Positions 8,076-16,357 are shown, counted from the first letter of the stretch. The stretch: DNA of 21,954 nt from a bacterium (GCA_041946805.1 JBHGBC010000099.1:1-21954), one strand, 5' to 3'. The notes: a model not told the origin generated them from the sequence alone. Numbers and translations are program-made.

Positions 8076-9500
8076 GTGTTGCAGCGAAAGTGGAAGAAAG
8101 CGTTTCTCATCGTTCCCCCCACCGGGAAATACATCCGGGAGGAGCGGTGCCAAACACCCCTGGAGGAGCTCCATACCGTGGCGCTCCGGCCTCCCATGGA
8201 CTTGCTCTACATGGGAGCGGTGCTGGAACGGGCGGGGGTTGAGTGCCGGATCGCCGATTATCCCGCGCAAGGCCGGGGGTGGGACGATTTTGTCCAGGAT
8301 CTGCAAGGATACCAGCCGGACGCGCTGATCCTCTCGATCACCACGCCCACGCTGGAGGACGATATGATCGCCGCCGCCAAGGCCAAGGCCCTCGATCCCG
8401 GCATCGTCACGGTGACCAAGGGCGCGCATTTCATCAAACTGGATACCGCCGCGCTGGATCAATACCCCCCTCTGGACGTGGTCATGCGCGGGGAATACGA
8501 AGAGACAGTGGTGGAACTCGCGGAAGGCAAGCCCTGGGAGGACATCGCGGGCATCACGTACCGCACCCGCACGGAGATCCGGCGCAATCCGGACCGGGGA
8601 TACATCCAAGACATCGATTCCATCCCTTTCCCAGCGCGGTCTCTAATCGACAATTCGGTATATATCCGCCCCGACACGGGCGAACCGCAAACCACGATCG
8701 TCGCCAGCCGCGGCTGCCCTTTCCTGTGCGTCTATTGCCTGGCCCCGGCGGTGTCAGGTTCCAGGACGCGCAACCGGACGCCCGAAAACGTGATCGCCGA
8801 ACTCAAGGAATGCGTCGAACGCCACGGCATCCGCAATTTCCTGTTCCGGTCCGATCTTTTCACGGCCAACAAGCGCTGGGTAATGTCGCTCTGCCAGGCC
8901 ATTCAACAGGAAGGCCTGGACATCCAATGGTCGTGCAACAGCCGCATCGACACGCTGAACGAAGAGATGCTTCGGGAGATGAAGAAAGCAGGTTGCTGGC
9001 TCATCGCCTTCGGGGTCGAGAGCGGCGATCCCGAAATGCTCGAGATGATGCGCAAGCAGTTGCAGTTCGAAAAGATCGAACCGGCCGTGAAACTGTGCCG
9101 GCGGACGGGCATCAAGAGCAGCGTGTATTTCCTGATCGGCCTGCCGTGGGAAAGCCGCGAAACCTTCAACCGCACCAAGGAATTCGCGCGGAAGCTGGAT
9201 CCCGATTTCATCGAGTTCTTCTATAGTTACCCGTTCCACGGCACGGAATTTTATGACATCGCTGTAAAAGAAGGCTTGCTGCGTAACGGTGAACTGCCCA
9301 AGGCGGCGTATAACCATCCCGCGTTGCCCACCTTGCATCTGACCTTGGAAGAATTGGAGCCGCTGCGCAAGGAGGCGCTGCGCTCGTTCTACCTCCGGCC
9401 GCGTTTCATCCTGCGCACGCTGCTGCAAAATCCCTCGCCCAAGATCCTGAAGAACTACATGGTGTATGGCATGCGCCAACTACGGGATTTGTTGCGGTAG
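8076..9500 (+). CDS. Cobalamin-binding-domain radical SAM protein (BchE/HpnJ-like architecture)
   Basis: SRGCPFLCVYC (CxxxCxxC); N-terminal PPMDLLY...KGAH...DVVMRGEYE; FGVESG; FLIGLPWES. GTG start with RBS AGGAGGT at 8058-8064. Confidence 0.9.
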   Translation: MLQRKWKKAFLIVPPTGKYIREERCQTPLEELHTVALRPPMDLLYMGAVLERAGVECRIADYPAQGRGWDDFVQDLQGYQPDALILSITTPTLEDDMIAAAKAKALDPGIVTVTKGAHFIKLDTAALDQYPPLDVVMRGEYEETVVELAEGKPWEDIAGITYRTRTEIRRNPDRGYIQDIDSIPFPARSLIDNSVYIRPDTGEPQTTIVASRGCPFLCVYCLAPAVSGSRTRNRTPENVIAELKECVERHGIRNFLFRSDLFTANKRWVMSLCQAIQQEGLDIQWSCNSRIDTLNEEMLREMKKAGCWLIAFGVESGDPEMLEMMRKQLQFEKIEPAVKLCRRTGIKSSVYFLIGLPWESRETFNRTKEFARKLDPDFIEFFYSYPFHGTEFYDIAVKEGLLRNGELPKAAYNHPALPTLHLTLEELEPLRKEALRSFYLRPRFILRTLLQNPSPKILKNYMVYGMRQLRDLLR

Positions 9501-9538
9501 GGCGGTATAATAAAGAGCGAAAGCGTTCCGTCCGCATT

Positions 9539-9718
9539 CAATCCGGAAAGGATTGAAAGGGAATAGCCGGGGGTTACAACCCCGGTACGTAATCTTTAAA
9601 AAAACGACCCGGAAGGGATCGAATGTTGAGAGTTCAATCCCTAGGGGGTTGGCCGTTTCTCCCCAAAACCGTAGGCTATCGCCTACGGCTATTCACCTTG
9701 AATCCCCTTCAGGGATTC
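9539..9718. repeat. Symmetric six-hairpin composite palindrome (MITE/REP-like)
   Basis: CAATCCGGAAAGGATTG; GAATAGCCGGGGGTTACAACCCCGG; CGACCCGGAAGGGATCG; CAATCCCTAGGGGGTTG; CCGTAGGCTATCGCCTACGGCTATTC; GAATCCCCTTCAGGGATTC. GAATAGCCG (9561-69) and CGGCTATTC (9686-94) are perfect inverted repeats. Confidence 0.75.
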
Positions 9719-9748
9719 ATTTGATGGGTGAGACAGGAATAAATCCTT

Positions 9749-9781
9749 CCCTCTCCCTCTGGAAGAGGATCAGGGTGAGGG
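9749..9781 (+). repeat. BoxC-like element, copy 3 (degenerate)
   Basis: CCCTCTCCCTCTGGAAGAGGATCAGGGTGAGGG. Confidence 0.85.
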
Positions 9782-9783
9782 TT

Positions 9784-9827
9784 GCCCTCAATGGGCGTCA
9801 TCGGATAGCCAGGGACAACACCCCTGG
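9784..9827 (+). repeat. Remnant of a two-hairpin REP-like element
   Basis: GCCCTCAATGGGCG...ATAGCCAGGGACAACACCCCTGG. Same hairpin-ATAGCC-hairpin layout as the left arm of 9539-9718. Confidence 0.5.
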
Positions 9828-9876
9828 TCATCCCGCCCACGAAGATAGAGCCAACGCTCCGCGAACGGTAACCGAA

Positions 9877-11325
9877 ATGCGTGTCTTGTTACTCAATCCG
9901 CCCGGCGATAAACCCTACCTGCGGGATTACTACTGCAGCCACACGGCCAAGGCCAATTACTATTGGCACCCGTATGACCTGGTCGTGCAGAGCGGCATCT
10001 TGTCGCGGCGGAACGAGGTCGATTTCCTCGACGCCAACGTCCACCGGCTGACCTGCAAAGAAGCGGAGCGGCGTATCCATGCCCACCAGCCGGAGGCGAT
10101 CGTCTTTCTCACCGGCGGGGTGTGTTGGAAGCAGGATTTCGACTTTCTCGAAAGCCTGGAGATTCCCCCCTCGGTCCCCGTCATCGGCACGGGCGACGTG
10201 CTGGTCAGCAAAGGCCGGGAACTCATGGCCCGCCATGGCTGGTTGACCGCCGTGCTGCTGGATTTCACCTCGGACGCGGTTGACACTTTCCTGCGTTCCT
10301 GGAATCCCCGGACTGGCCGCTCCGAGCACGAAGGCCCCATACCCAACCTGCTTTACCGGTCCGGCGAAGAATTCATCCGCGGCGTGGACCCCGGCAAACG
10401 CTACTTTTCATTCCCTATTCCCCGCTACGACCTGCTGGACCTGGCGAAATACCGCATCCCCCACGGACGCCGCAAACTCTTCGCGTCGTTTCTCACCGAT
10501 TTCGGCTGTCCGTATACCTGTTCATTCTGCTTCAACGGCAAGTGGGATCACAAGCTGCGCGATCTCGACAACACCTTGCAGGAATTGCGGTATGTCCGGG
10601 AAATCGGCATCCGCGAATTGTGGATCAAGGACCTGACCTTCGGCGTCAACCGGCGCCATTCCACGGAGTTCCTGAACCGGCTGATCGAGGAAAAACTCGG
10701 CTTCGATTGGATCACCCTTTCGCGCGTGGACGTGATGGACGAGGAACTGCTCACGCTCATGGCCCGGGCCGGATGCCATACCATCCAGTTCGGCGTGGAA
10801 TCGGCCGACCAGGGCATTCTGAACTCGATCGAAAAGGGCATCGCCCCCGAACGGGTGAAGGAAGTGTTCCGCCTGTGCCGGGTTTTGGGCATCCGGACGC
10901 TGGCGCATTTCATTCTGGGCCTGCCCGGCGAAACCGCGGAAACCGCGCGGCACACCATCGAGTTCGCCAAGGAACTCGATCCCGATTTCGTCTCCTTCAA
11001 CGTGGCCGCGCCCCGGATGGGGACCGACATGCGCGCCGAGGCGATCCGGGAGGGCTGGGTGGACAAGGATGTCGATTCGGTGGACAACTCCAGCGCCAAC
11101 GCGTTTCCCCAGATGGAGATCGGCTCGATTCCCGGCCGGCGGGTGATCGAACTGCGCAACCAGGCCATCCGCGAATTCCACACACGCCCCCGCTATCTCT
11201 GGCGCAAGCTCACCGATATCCGCTCGCCCCGCGAAGCCTGGCGGGCCGCCCAGAACGGCTATTACCTGCTGAAATCCACCTTGCGCCATCCTTCCCTGGA
11301 AGAGATTCTGGATGGAGATGCCTGA
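9877..11325 (+). CDS. Second cobalamin-binding-domain radical SAM protein
   Basis: Start reassigned to ATG 9877 (MRVLLLNPP). FGCPYTCSFC (CxxxCxxC), KDLTFG, FGVESA, HFILGLPGET, FNVAAPRMGT. Confidence 0.9.
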   Translation: MRVLLLNPPGDKPYLRDYYCSHTAKANYYWHPYDLVVQSGILSRRNEVDFLDANVHRLTCKEAERRIHAHQPEAIVFLTGGVCWKQDFDFLESLEIPPSVPVIGTGDVLVSKGRELMARHGWLTAVLLDFTSDAVDTFLRSWNPRTGRSEHEGPIPNLLYRSGEEFIRGVDPGKRYFSFPIPRYDLLDLAKYRIPHGRRKLFASFLTDFGCPYTCSFCFNGKWDHKLRDLDNTLQELRYVREIGIRELWIKDLTFGVNRRHSTEFLNRLIEEKLGFDWITLSRVDVMDEELLTLMARAGCHTIQFGVESADQGILNSIEKGIAPERVKEVFRLCRVLGIRTLAHFILGLPGETAETARHTIEFAKELDPDFVSFNVAAPRMGTDMRAEAIREGWVDKDVDSVDNSSANAFPQMEIGSIPGRRVIELRNQAIREFHTRPRYLWRKLTDIRSPREAWRAAQNGYYLLKSTLRHPSLEEILDGDA

Positions 11326-11339
11326 AGCCGCGGGATGGT

Positions 11340-11837
11340 TCAACTGGCCGGTCTATCCATTCCCAGCCAACAATTGGCAGTATTGATATCCGTCACGCCC
11401 GCGCCCTTCAGGTACAGGAACATCTGCATGCGGTAGGCGGTCAGAAATTTCAGCGCCAGGATCACCAGCCCTTCCCCCATTTTGATTGAGGTATTGATCA
11501 CGGTGGTAGTATCCTTGTGCAGCAGATCCTCTTCCGTTACGGGCTGCAACAAGCGCTTGATCTCCTCGCATTGCCGGTCCATGGCCTCGCAGAACCGGTC
11601 CGCGGTTTGTGACTTGGACTTTTCGATGATTTCATCGACGTGGCTCCAATCATTCCGAAGGAGACCTTGGACAGTAAGGGAACCGATCACGGTCAGGTAT
11701 TGCATCAGTTCCAGCAGGGAGCGTTGACCGGGCGTGGGGCGGTAAGCCAGCCCGCCAGGCGGAATCTTGGTGTACAAATGCTTGCAGATATTGGTTTCAT
11801 GCTGGATGGATTGAATGAATTGTTCCTTGGTAAACAT
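11340..11837 (-). CDS. DinB/YfiT-like family protein
   Basis: 165 aa helical protein with KIP...LAYRPTPGQRSLLEL..YL and a C-terminal YRMQMFLYLK..G motif. Confidence 0.7.
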   Translation of the reverse strand: MFTKEQFIQSIQHETNICKHLYTKIPPGGLAYRPTPGQRSLLELMQYLTVIGSLTVQGLLRNDWSHVDEIIEKSKSQTADRFCEAMDRQCEEIKRLLQPVTEEDLLHKDTTTVINTSIKMGEGLVILALKFLTAYRMQMFLYLKGAGVTDINTANCWLGMDRPAS

Positions 11838-11892
11838 GGGATTCCTTTCTGGGAACCATTTCCAGATTCACCAATGTGTTCGTATGAATGAG

Positions 11893-11972
11893 GGGAGGGC
11901 GAGGCTCCCGCCGAGCCGATATTTCATGACACCTCGGCAACCCATGCGGCTCACCCGGAGGTTCGCCCTCCC
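11893..11972 (+). repeat. REP-doublet (REPIN-like) element, copy 2
   Basis: GGGAGGGCGAGGCTCCCGCCGAGCCG-28 nt-CGGCTCACCCGGAGGTTCGCCCTCCC. Confidence 0.85.
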
Positions 11973-11976
11973 CGTT

Positions 11977-12009
11977 CCCTCTCCCTCTGGGAGAAGATCA
12001 GGGTGAGGG
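11977..12009 (+). repeat. BoxC-like element, copy 4 (degenerate)
   Basis: CCCTCTCCCTCTGGGAGAAGATCAGGGTGAGGG. Confidence 0.85.
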
Positions 12010-12035
12010 AAGAAGGAGCGACAAAAAATATAGTT

Positions 12036-12057
12036 GCAGGTTGGATGCCTGCGCTAC
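12036..12057 (-). repeat. GTAG-type REP
   Basis: Minus strand reads GTAGCGCAGGCATCCAACCTGC (GTAG plus a GCAGG/CCTGC stem). Confidence 0.6.
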
Positions 12058-12187
12058 GGCAAATAGAACAATTCAGGATCGTTTCTACTTTATGCCGCCA
12101 CGTCTGGTAAGAATGCATGGGCGGACCAATCTGCCGGCCGGGTTCGCTTATTCCCCGTATGAACCAGATCCGTTTCCACCTCCGGCC

Positions 12188-12859
12188 TTATTTCGTGCCG
12201 CCGCCGGAACGGTACACGATTTCGCCGTTGGAGGTCAGGCCGTTGCTGCTGTCGTAGGGCACCCCCCAGGTGGTGCTGGGCATGTCGCCGTCGGGACCAA
12301 AGCCGAGCAACACCCATTCGAACGGGCGCAGGGGCTTCACGCCGTACATGTTGGTTGTGTTCTGTTTGGGATTGTAAAGCGGAACGTAAAACCCGCCGAT
12401 ATCGGCGTCCAGGATCTCCAAATCGCCATAAATATAGGTTTTGAAGTTCACGTTGTTCCCGCCGTGGACATCCACGCCGTAGCGCTCGATGAACGGGTCC
12501 TTGGGCACGCTGGACATATACGAAACCGGCGTGGTGAGCACCGCGAGGACATCTTCCCCCGTGCGCTGCAACTGGTTGGACCGGAATCCCACCCCGTTGA
12601 AGACATCCATAATCCGTTTGGTGGCCCATTCGTAGTCGTCGTCCCACAGGTCCACCAGCATGACGTTTTTATCCAACCGGAACGCCTCGATGGCGGTCCC
12701 GATGTTGCGCATGTCGGCGTAACTGCGGGCCACCTTGGCGCGGACCTGGGCGTTGAGGAAATTGGGAACGGCGATGGCGGCCAGAATGCCGATGATGGCG
12801 ACGACAATCAGTAATTCGATCAAGGTAAAGGCATTCCGGAGTGGTGAGTGGTTTTTCAT
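12188..12859 (-). CDS. Prepilin-type N-terminal cleavage/methylation domain protein (T2SS GspG-like pseudopilin)
   Basis: MKNHSPLRNA|FTLIELLIVVAIIGILAAIAVPNF: class III signal with E5. Also LTTPVSYMSSVPKDPF, GFGPDGD and YDSSNGLTSNGEI. Start reassigned to 12859. Confidence 0.9.
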   Translation of the reverse strand: MKNHSPLRNAFTLIELLIVVAIIGILAAIAVPNFLNAQVRAKVARSYADMRNIGTAIEAFRLDKNVMLVDLWDDDYEWATKRIMDVFNGVGFRSNQLQRTGEDVLAVLTTPVSYMSSVPKDPFIERYGVDVHGGNNVNFKTYIYGDLEILDADIGGFYVPLYNPKQNTTNMYGVKPLRPFEWVLLGFGPDGDMPSTTWGVPYDSSNGLTSNGEIVYRSGGGTK

Positions 12860-13075
12860 AGGCGTCCCATCGATGGTTGATATGGAAATCGAATCCGAAT
12901 CCATGGACTGGATGATTTGAACGACCGGCTGACTGCGCGACCCTATTGGGATGGAAAATATCATACTCGCGAAGGTACATCTGGACTACGGCAGGAGCTT
13001 CAATAGCGAAGAGGAGCATCCATGGCTGGAACATCGATCTCTTGGGAGAACGAATACGAATTTCCGCTCGCTTAT

Positions 13076-15100
13076 TCAATACACCGCCCAATCCTCGACG
13101 GACACGGGCAGCACGCCGTTCAGATAATCCCACCGTTGCGTCACGAAACGCTTGATGTCCGCGTACGAGGACCGGATGACGTTATACCGTCGGGACTGGC
13201 GGGTTCCCGTCTGCTGTTCGATCAGCTCCAGGTCATTCAAGAGCAGCGTTTGGATTTCATCCATTTTGTTCATGAGCTTGGGGATCGTGAAGCGCCGGCC
13301 CAGCTCGATCCGCATCCGGCGCTCATACTCCTGGTAGAATTCCGTGTCCTTGTGGAGTGGCGCGGTGATGGGGCCGGGCGCCCGCGACGCCTGCGGCGCG
13401 CCGATGGCCTCGCCGTCGATGGGGAATGACAGGGGCATGCGGGCGTACATCTCGGCGGTGGTGGAACCCCATAGCCAGTCGAGGTCCCACGGGATGATAA
13501 CCCACCGGCTGCCCGGGCGCGGATCGAGGTACATCCAGTGGTTGTTCCAGTATCCGTCCCAATTGCTGGTCAATACCGAGGCCACGCTGTAGTTCAAAAA
13601 GTTTTCCTGATCGAGATAGCGCTCAATGGCCTCCCGCCGTTTTGCGGGATCCTTGACCTGAATCGCGGCCTCCAGCATTTTGATGCTGTCGGTTCCCTCA
13701 TCCTTGTTCGTATGTTTCTCCCAATTGGGATTGGAATACACGCGCTTGTAGAGATCGCCCAGGGGATTCAGTCCGTTCATTTCCAGAAAATTCTCGTTCA
13801 CCTGTTCAACGGCCAGTTGTTGCTTGTGGGCGGCTCCGGCTTGGGCGGGCAGCGTGATAATCCGGTAAAATTCGGCCCAAGGCGACAATACATTCATCTC
13901 GCGGTAAAACCAAAAACCGAGGTGTTCCCGAAAAGGCGAGCTGGCCCCGGGATTGGTGCCGCCGGCGGGTTCCTCGGGGATGATATTGATGGTGCGGTCC
14001 CCATAAAATTCGCGCCCCTTGATGAAACGGGCTTTCAGTCCGTTGCGGGAGTTACGAATTTCCGCCCCGTCGAACAAATCCGGAACCGAGGCGCCCCGCG
14101 GCAGGCACGCGACGGCGCTGACCGCGCCGCTGGGGGTGATCAACGTGGTGGATACCGGGGGCAGAATCCAGAGGATCGGCAACAGGGATGTGATCTCGCC
14201 GTCATAGACAAAATAGGAGAGAAAAGGATTCGGTTCGGCCGCGTGGGGCAGCCGGACGCTTTGTCCGTCCGGGCGGATGACCTCCACGTTGCAGCGGATC
14301 AGGGTTTGCGGCCGGGCCGGAGGGATGACCGCTTCATAGGTCACGCTCTCCGCTGATTCCGATTTTCGTTCCATGGGAACCACCCAGGGGGGGCCACCGG
14401 CGGCCGCGCTCATATCCACCCCTGCGCGTTCCCAACGCAGGTTGACGGAAGCCACCGCGCTGGGCGTATCGAGCTGAATCCGTAGGACTACCGAATCCCG
14501 GGAGGAAGGGTGAGGTGGATCGAACTGATACGCAACCAGGACGGGGCGGGACGGCACGGAAGCCACGGAATTTTTTCTCCCGGGCGTACCTTCATTCGTC
14601 AGGGATGGCCGCCAGGAATGATAATCCTCCGCGGGAAGATCCCACGAGATCCTTTCCAGGCTGGATCCATACCCATCGCAGCCGATCGGCCAGGGAGGGG
14701 AATCGCTGTAGCGAAAACTCTCCAATGTGGTCCCATCGGACTTCATGAACAGAATCACTTCGCCGCTGTCCGACAGTTTTCCCTCATATGGTCCTAAAAT
14801 GGCATATGATTTGTTTCTCCACATCTCATGGGTGGGTACCCGGGCGATCACCAGATAGCCCCCCGGAGATAATTTCATGCCAGCGGGAAATTTGTAGGTG
14901 ATCCCCGCCGCGAATTCATATCCAGTTAGATCAAGGCCTTCCGCGCCGGGATTGTAGAGTTCGATGAACTCGCGATACGAGCCGGCCTCGAGATCATTGT
15001 CCGGCGGATTGTAATGGATTTCGTTGATGACGGCTTCTCCCCAGATCACGGCGGGGGCTATCAGCCAGAGGAGAACGGGAAAACTACGTTGGATCTTCAT
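13076..15100 (-). CDS. Secreted lamin-tail-domain + CotH-kinase-like protein
   Basis: Signal peptide; LTD motifs VINEIHYNP, EFIELYNPG, DLTGY, LSDSGE, DGYGSSLER; CotH-like motifs EQVNENFL, GDLYK, NWDGYWNNHWMY, IIPWDLDWLWG. Confidence 0.85.
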   Translation of the reverse strand: MKIQRSFPVLLWLIAPAVIWGEAVINEIHYNPPDNDLEAGSYREFIELYNPGAEGLDLTGYEFAAGITYKFPAGMKLSPGGYLVIARVPTHEMWRNKSYAILGPYEGKLSDSGEVILFMKSDGTTLESFRYSDSPPWPIGCDGYGSSLERISWDLPAEDYHSWRPSLTNEGTPGRKNSVASVPSRPVLVAYQFDPPHPSSRDSVVLRIQLDTPSAVASVNLRWERAGVDMSAAAGGPPWVVPMERKSESAESVTYEAVIPPARPQTLIRCNVEVIRPDGQSVRLPHAAEPNPFLSYFVYDGEITSLLPILWILPPVSTTLITPSGAVSAVACLPRGASVPDLFDGAEIRNSRNGLKARFIKGREFYGDRTINIIPEEPAGGTNPGASSPFREHLGFWFYREMNVLSPWAEFYRIITLPAQAGAAHKQQLAVEQVNENFLEMNGLNPLGDLYKRVYSNPNWEKHTNKDEGTDSIKMLEAAIQVKDPAKRREAIERYLDQENFLNYSVASVLTSNWDGYWNNHWMYLDPRPGSRWVIIPWDLDWLWGSTTAEMYARMPLSFPIDGEAIGAPQASRAPGPITAPLHKDTEFYQEYERRMRIELGRRFTIPKLMNKMDEIQTLLLNDLELIEQQTGTRQSRRYNVIRSSYADIKRFVTQRWDYLNGVLPVSVEDWAVY

Positions 15101-15290
15101 AAGTTATAACGCCCGGAATCGAATCGCTTTAGCTTCTGGATAGGTTCCTGCCGGCCCCAAAACCGGAATCACCTTTTGAATACCATACTATATCATGCGG
15201 CGGCTGTTTATCCGGACATTATCGCTTTTCCCATCCTCCCACAACGGGAACACAAAAATGCAGTGCCATGGGAACGCGAATCGATTCCCT

Positions 15291-15350
15291 CTCTCCCTCT
15301 GGGAGAGCCTGTTTTTCCCCTCTCCCTCTGGGAGAGGGTCAGGGTGAAGG
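15291..15350 (+). repeat. BoxC-like element: partial core (15291-15307) followed by copy 5 (15318-15350)
   Basis: CTCTCCCTCTGGGAGAG ... CCCTCTCCCTCTGGGAGAGGGTCAGGGTGAAGG. Confidence 0.85.
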
Positions 15351-15661
15351 TAGCCTTGAAGGACGTAAGACATTCCATCTCTGAAATCGAGCAGACAGTT
15401 ACACGTAACATATTCATTTACAATAGGCTGTTAATTGGATATTAATCCTTTTTATACGGAAAGCGTATTGAAACAATTCCAGCGAATGACAAGTTACCTG
15501 TTTTTATATATATTTTTCAGTTAAGGATAGCAACCGAAACGGCAGGCGTTTTTTGTCCAGAACCGGACCGGCCGCCGGCCGGGACCGATAAGCTGGCTTG
15601 ATCAACTCATCCAGCGGATACGCGGAAATGGGATGTGGTCTTGAAAATTTTGTGGAGCCGG

Positions 15662-15681
15662 GGCAGACTGGAATGTCTGCC
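15662..15681. repeat. Short REP-like hairpin
   Basis: GGCAGAC-TGGAAT-GTCTGCC, perfect 7-bp stem; similar to 12036-12052. Confidence 0.45.
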
Positions 15682-15888
15682 GGATTTCGTGGATATAACT
15701 ATATGAGAGAGGAGATAGGGAGAAAAGTTGATCCAAACACGCCCCGGCGGGGCTTGGACCATCAGAAACTGATGGATGTTCGATTAAAATCCAATGAGAG
15801 AGGATAGATAAAGAAGTCCATATATGGGGCAGGTATATCTGGTTTTTTTAAGAGTGGATCGATGGATCGAATGAGATAAGATGGTTTG

Positions 15889-16245
15889 ATGAACATGGAC
15901 CAATTTCTTTATCACCCAGATAAAATGTGTCGAGATGATCATGTAACCCTTTTGACTCCCGGTGAATTCATTTTATTGCAGGCCGAGGAGATCCGTGAAT
16001 ACGTCAAGGAGCACCCGAAACTGTCCGAAAACGAAGCGGCGATAGAATGGATCAAAAAATATGGGCAAGCCTTTCGGGAAACCTGGGCGCCGTTCGTCGT
16101 CAAGAAAGAATTAATCCCCCGTGTGCGCGCTGAAATCGCCCGCCACCGGTGGATCGAGTCGGAGAAGAAAAAGCGGGATTTAGGCCGTGAAGCCGAACTG
16201 GATTGGATCAGAAAGCATGGTCCAGGCTTCTTTGGGCAGCATTGA
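15889..16245 (+). CDS. Small protein with two DUF4032-like repeats
   Basis: EEIREY...EAAIEWIKKYG..F and EIARHRWIESEKKKRDLGREAELDWIRKHG..F. Start is TTG 15886 or ATG 15889/15895. Confidence 0.7.
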   Translation: MNMDQFLYHPDKMCRDDHVTLLTPGEFILLQAEEIREYVKEHPKLSENEAAIEWIKKYGQAFRETWAPFVVKKELIPRVRAEIARHRWIESEKKKRDLGREAELDWIRKHGPGFFGQH

Positions 16246-16296
16246 GGTATGAAAAACTTTTGAATTGATTTTCTTCCCTTTCAAAAACCAAGCTCA

Positions 16297-16323
16297 GATG
16301 GATTGCGTTTCGCGAAATCCACC
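16297..16323. repeat. REP-like hairpin between convergent genes
   Basis: GATGGATTGCGTTTCGCGAAATCCACC; its ends match the 5256-5294 element in inverted orientation. Confidence 0.45.
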
Positions 16324-16357
16324 AACAAACCCTGGAATACCGGGGGGAATGCGCAGT

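Noticed and set aside
9553..9876. 108-aa N-terminal extension of the second radical SAM ORF
   Set aside because: It is a translation of palindromic repeats; family-like sequence starts at MRVLLLNPP (9877).
826..11489. Long antisense or alternate-frame ORFs (e.g. 826-1722, 6318-7250, 8243-9226, 10542-11489)
   Set aside because: Shadow ORFs expected in GC-rich coding DNA; each overlaps a well-supported gene and has no motifs.
8076..12859. RiPP cluster with the pilin or DinB protein as radical SAM substrate
   Set aside because: No precursor peptide, RRE/SPASM domain, peptidase or transporter; the pilin and DinB genes are on the opposite strand.
15520..15560. Possible c-di-GMP-I riboswitch (GCAACCGAAACGGCAGGCG)
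   Set aside because: Only a superficial GAAA-loop resemblance; the GCAAA/second stem is missing.
15598..15807. 69-aa ORF upstream of the DUF4032-like gene
   Set aside because: TTG start without a clear RBS, contains a REP-like hairpin, no recognisable motif.
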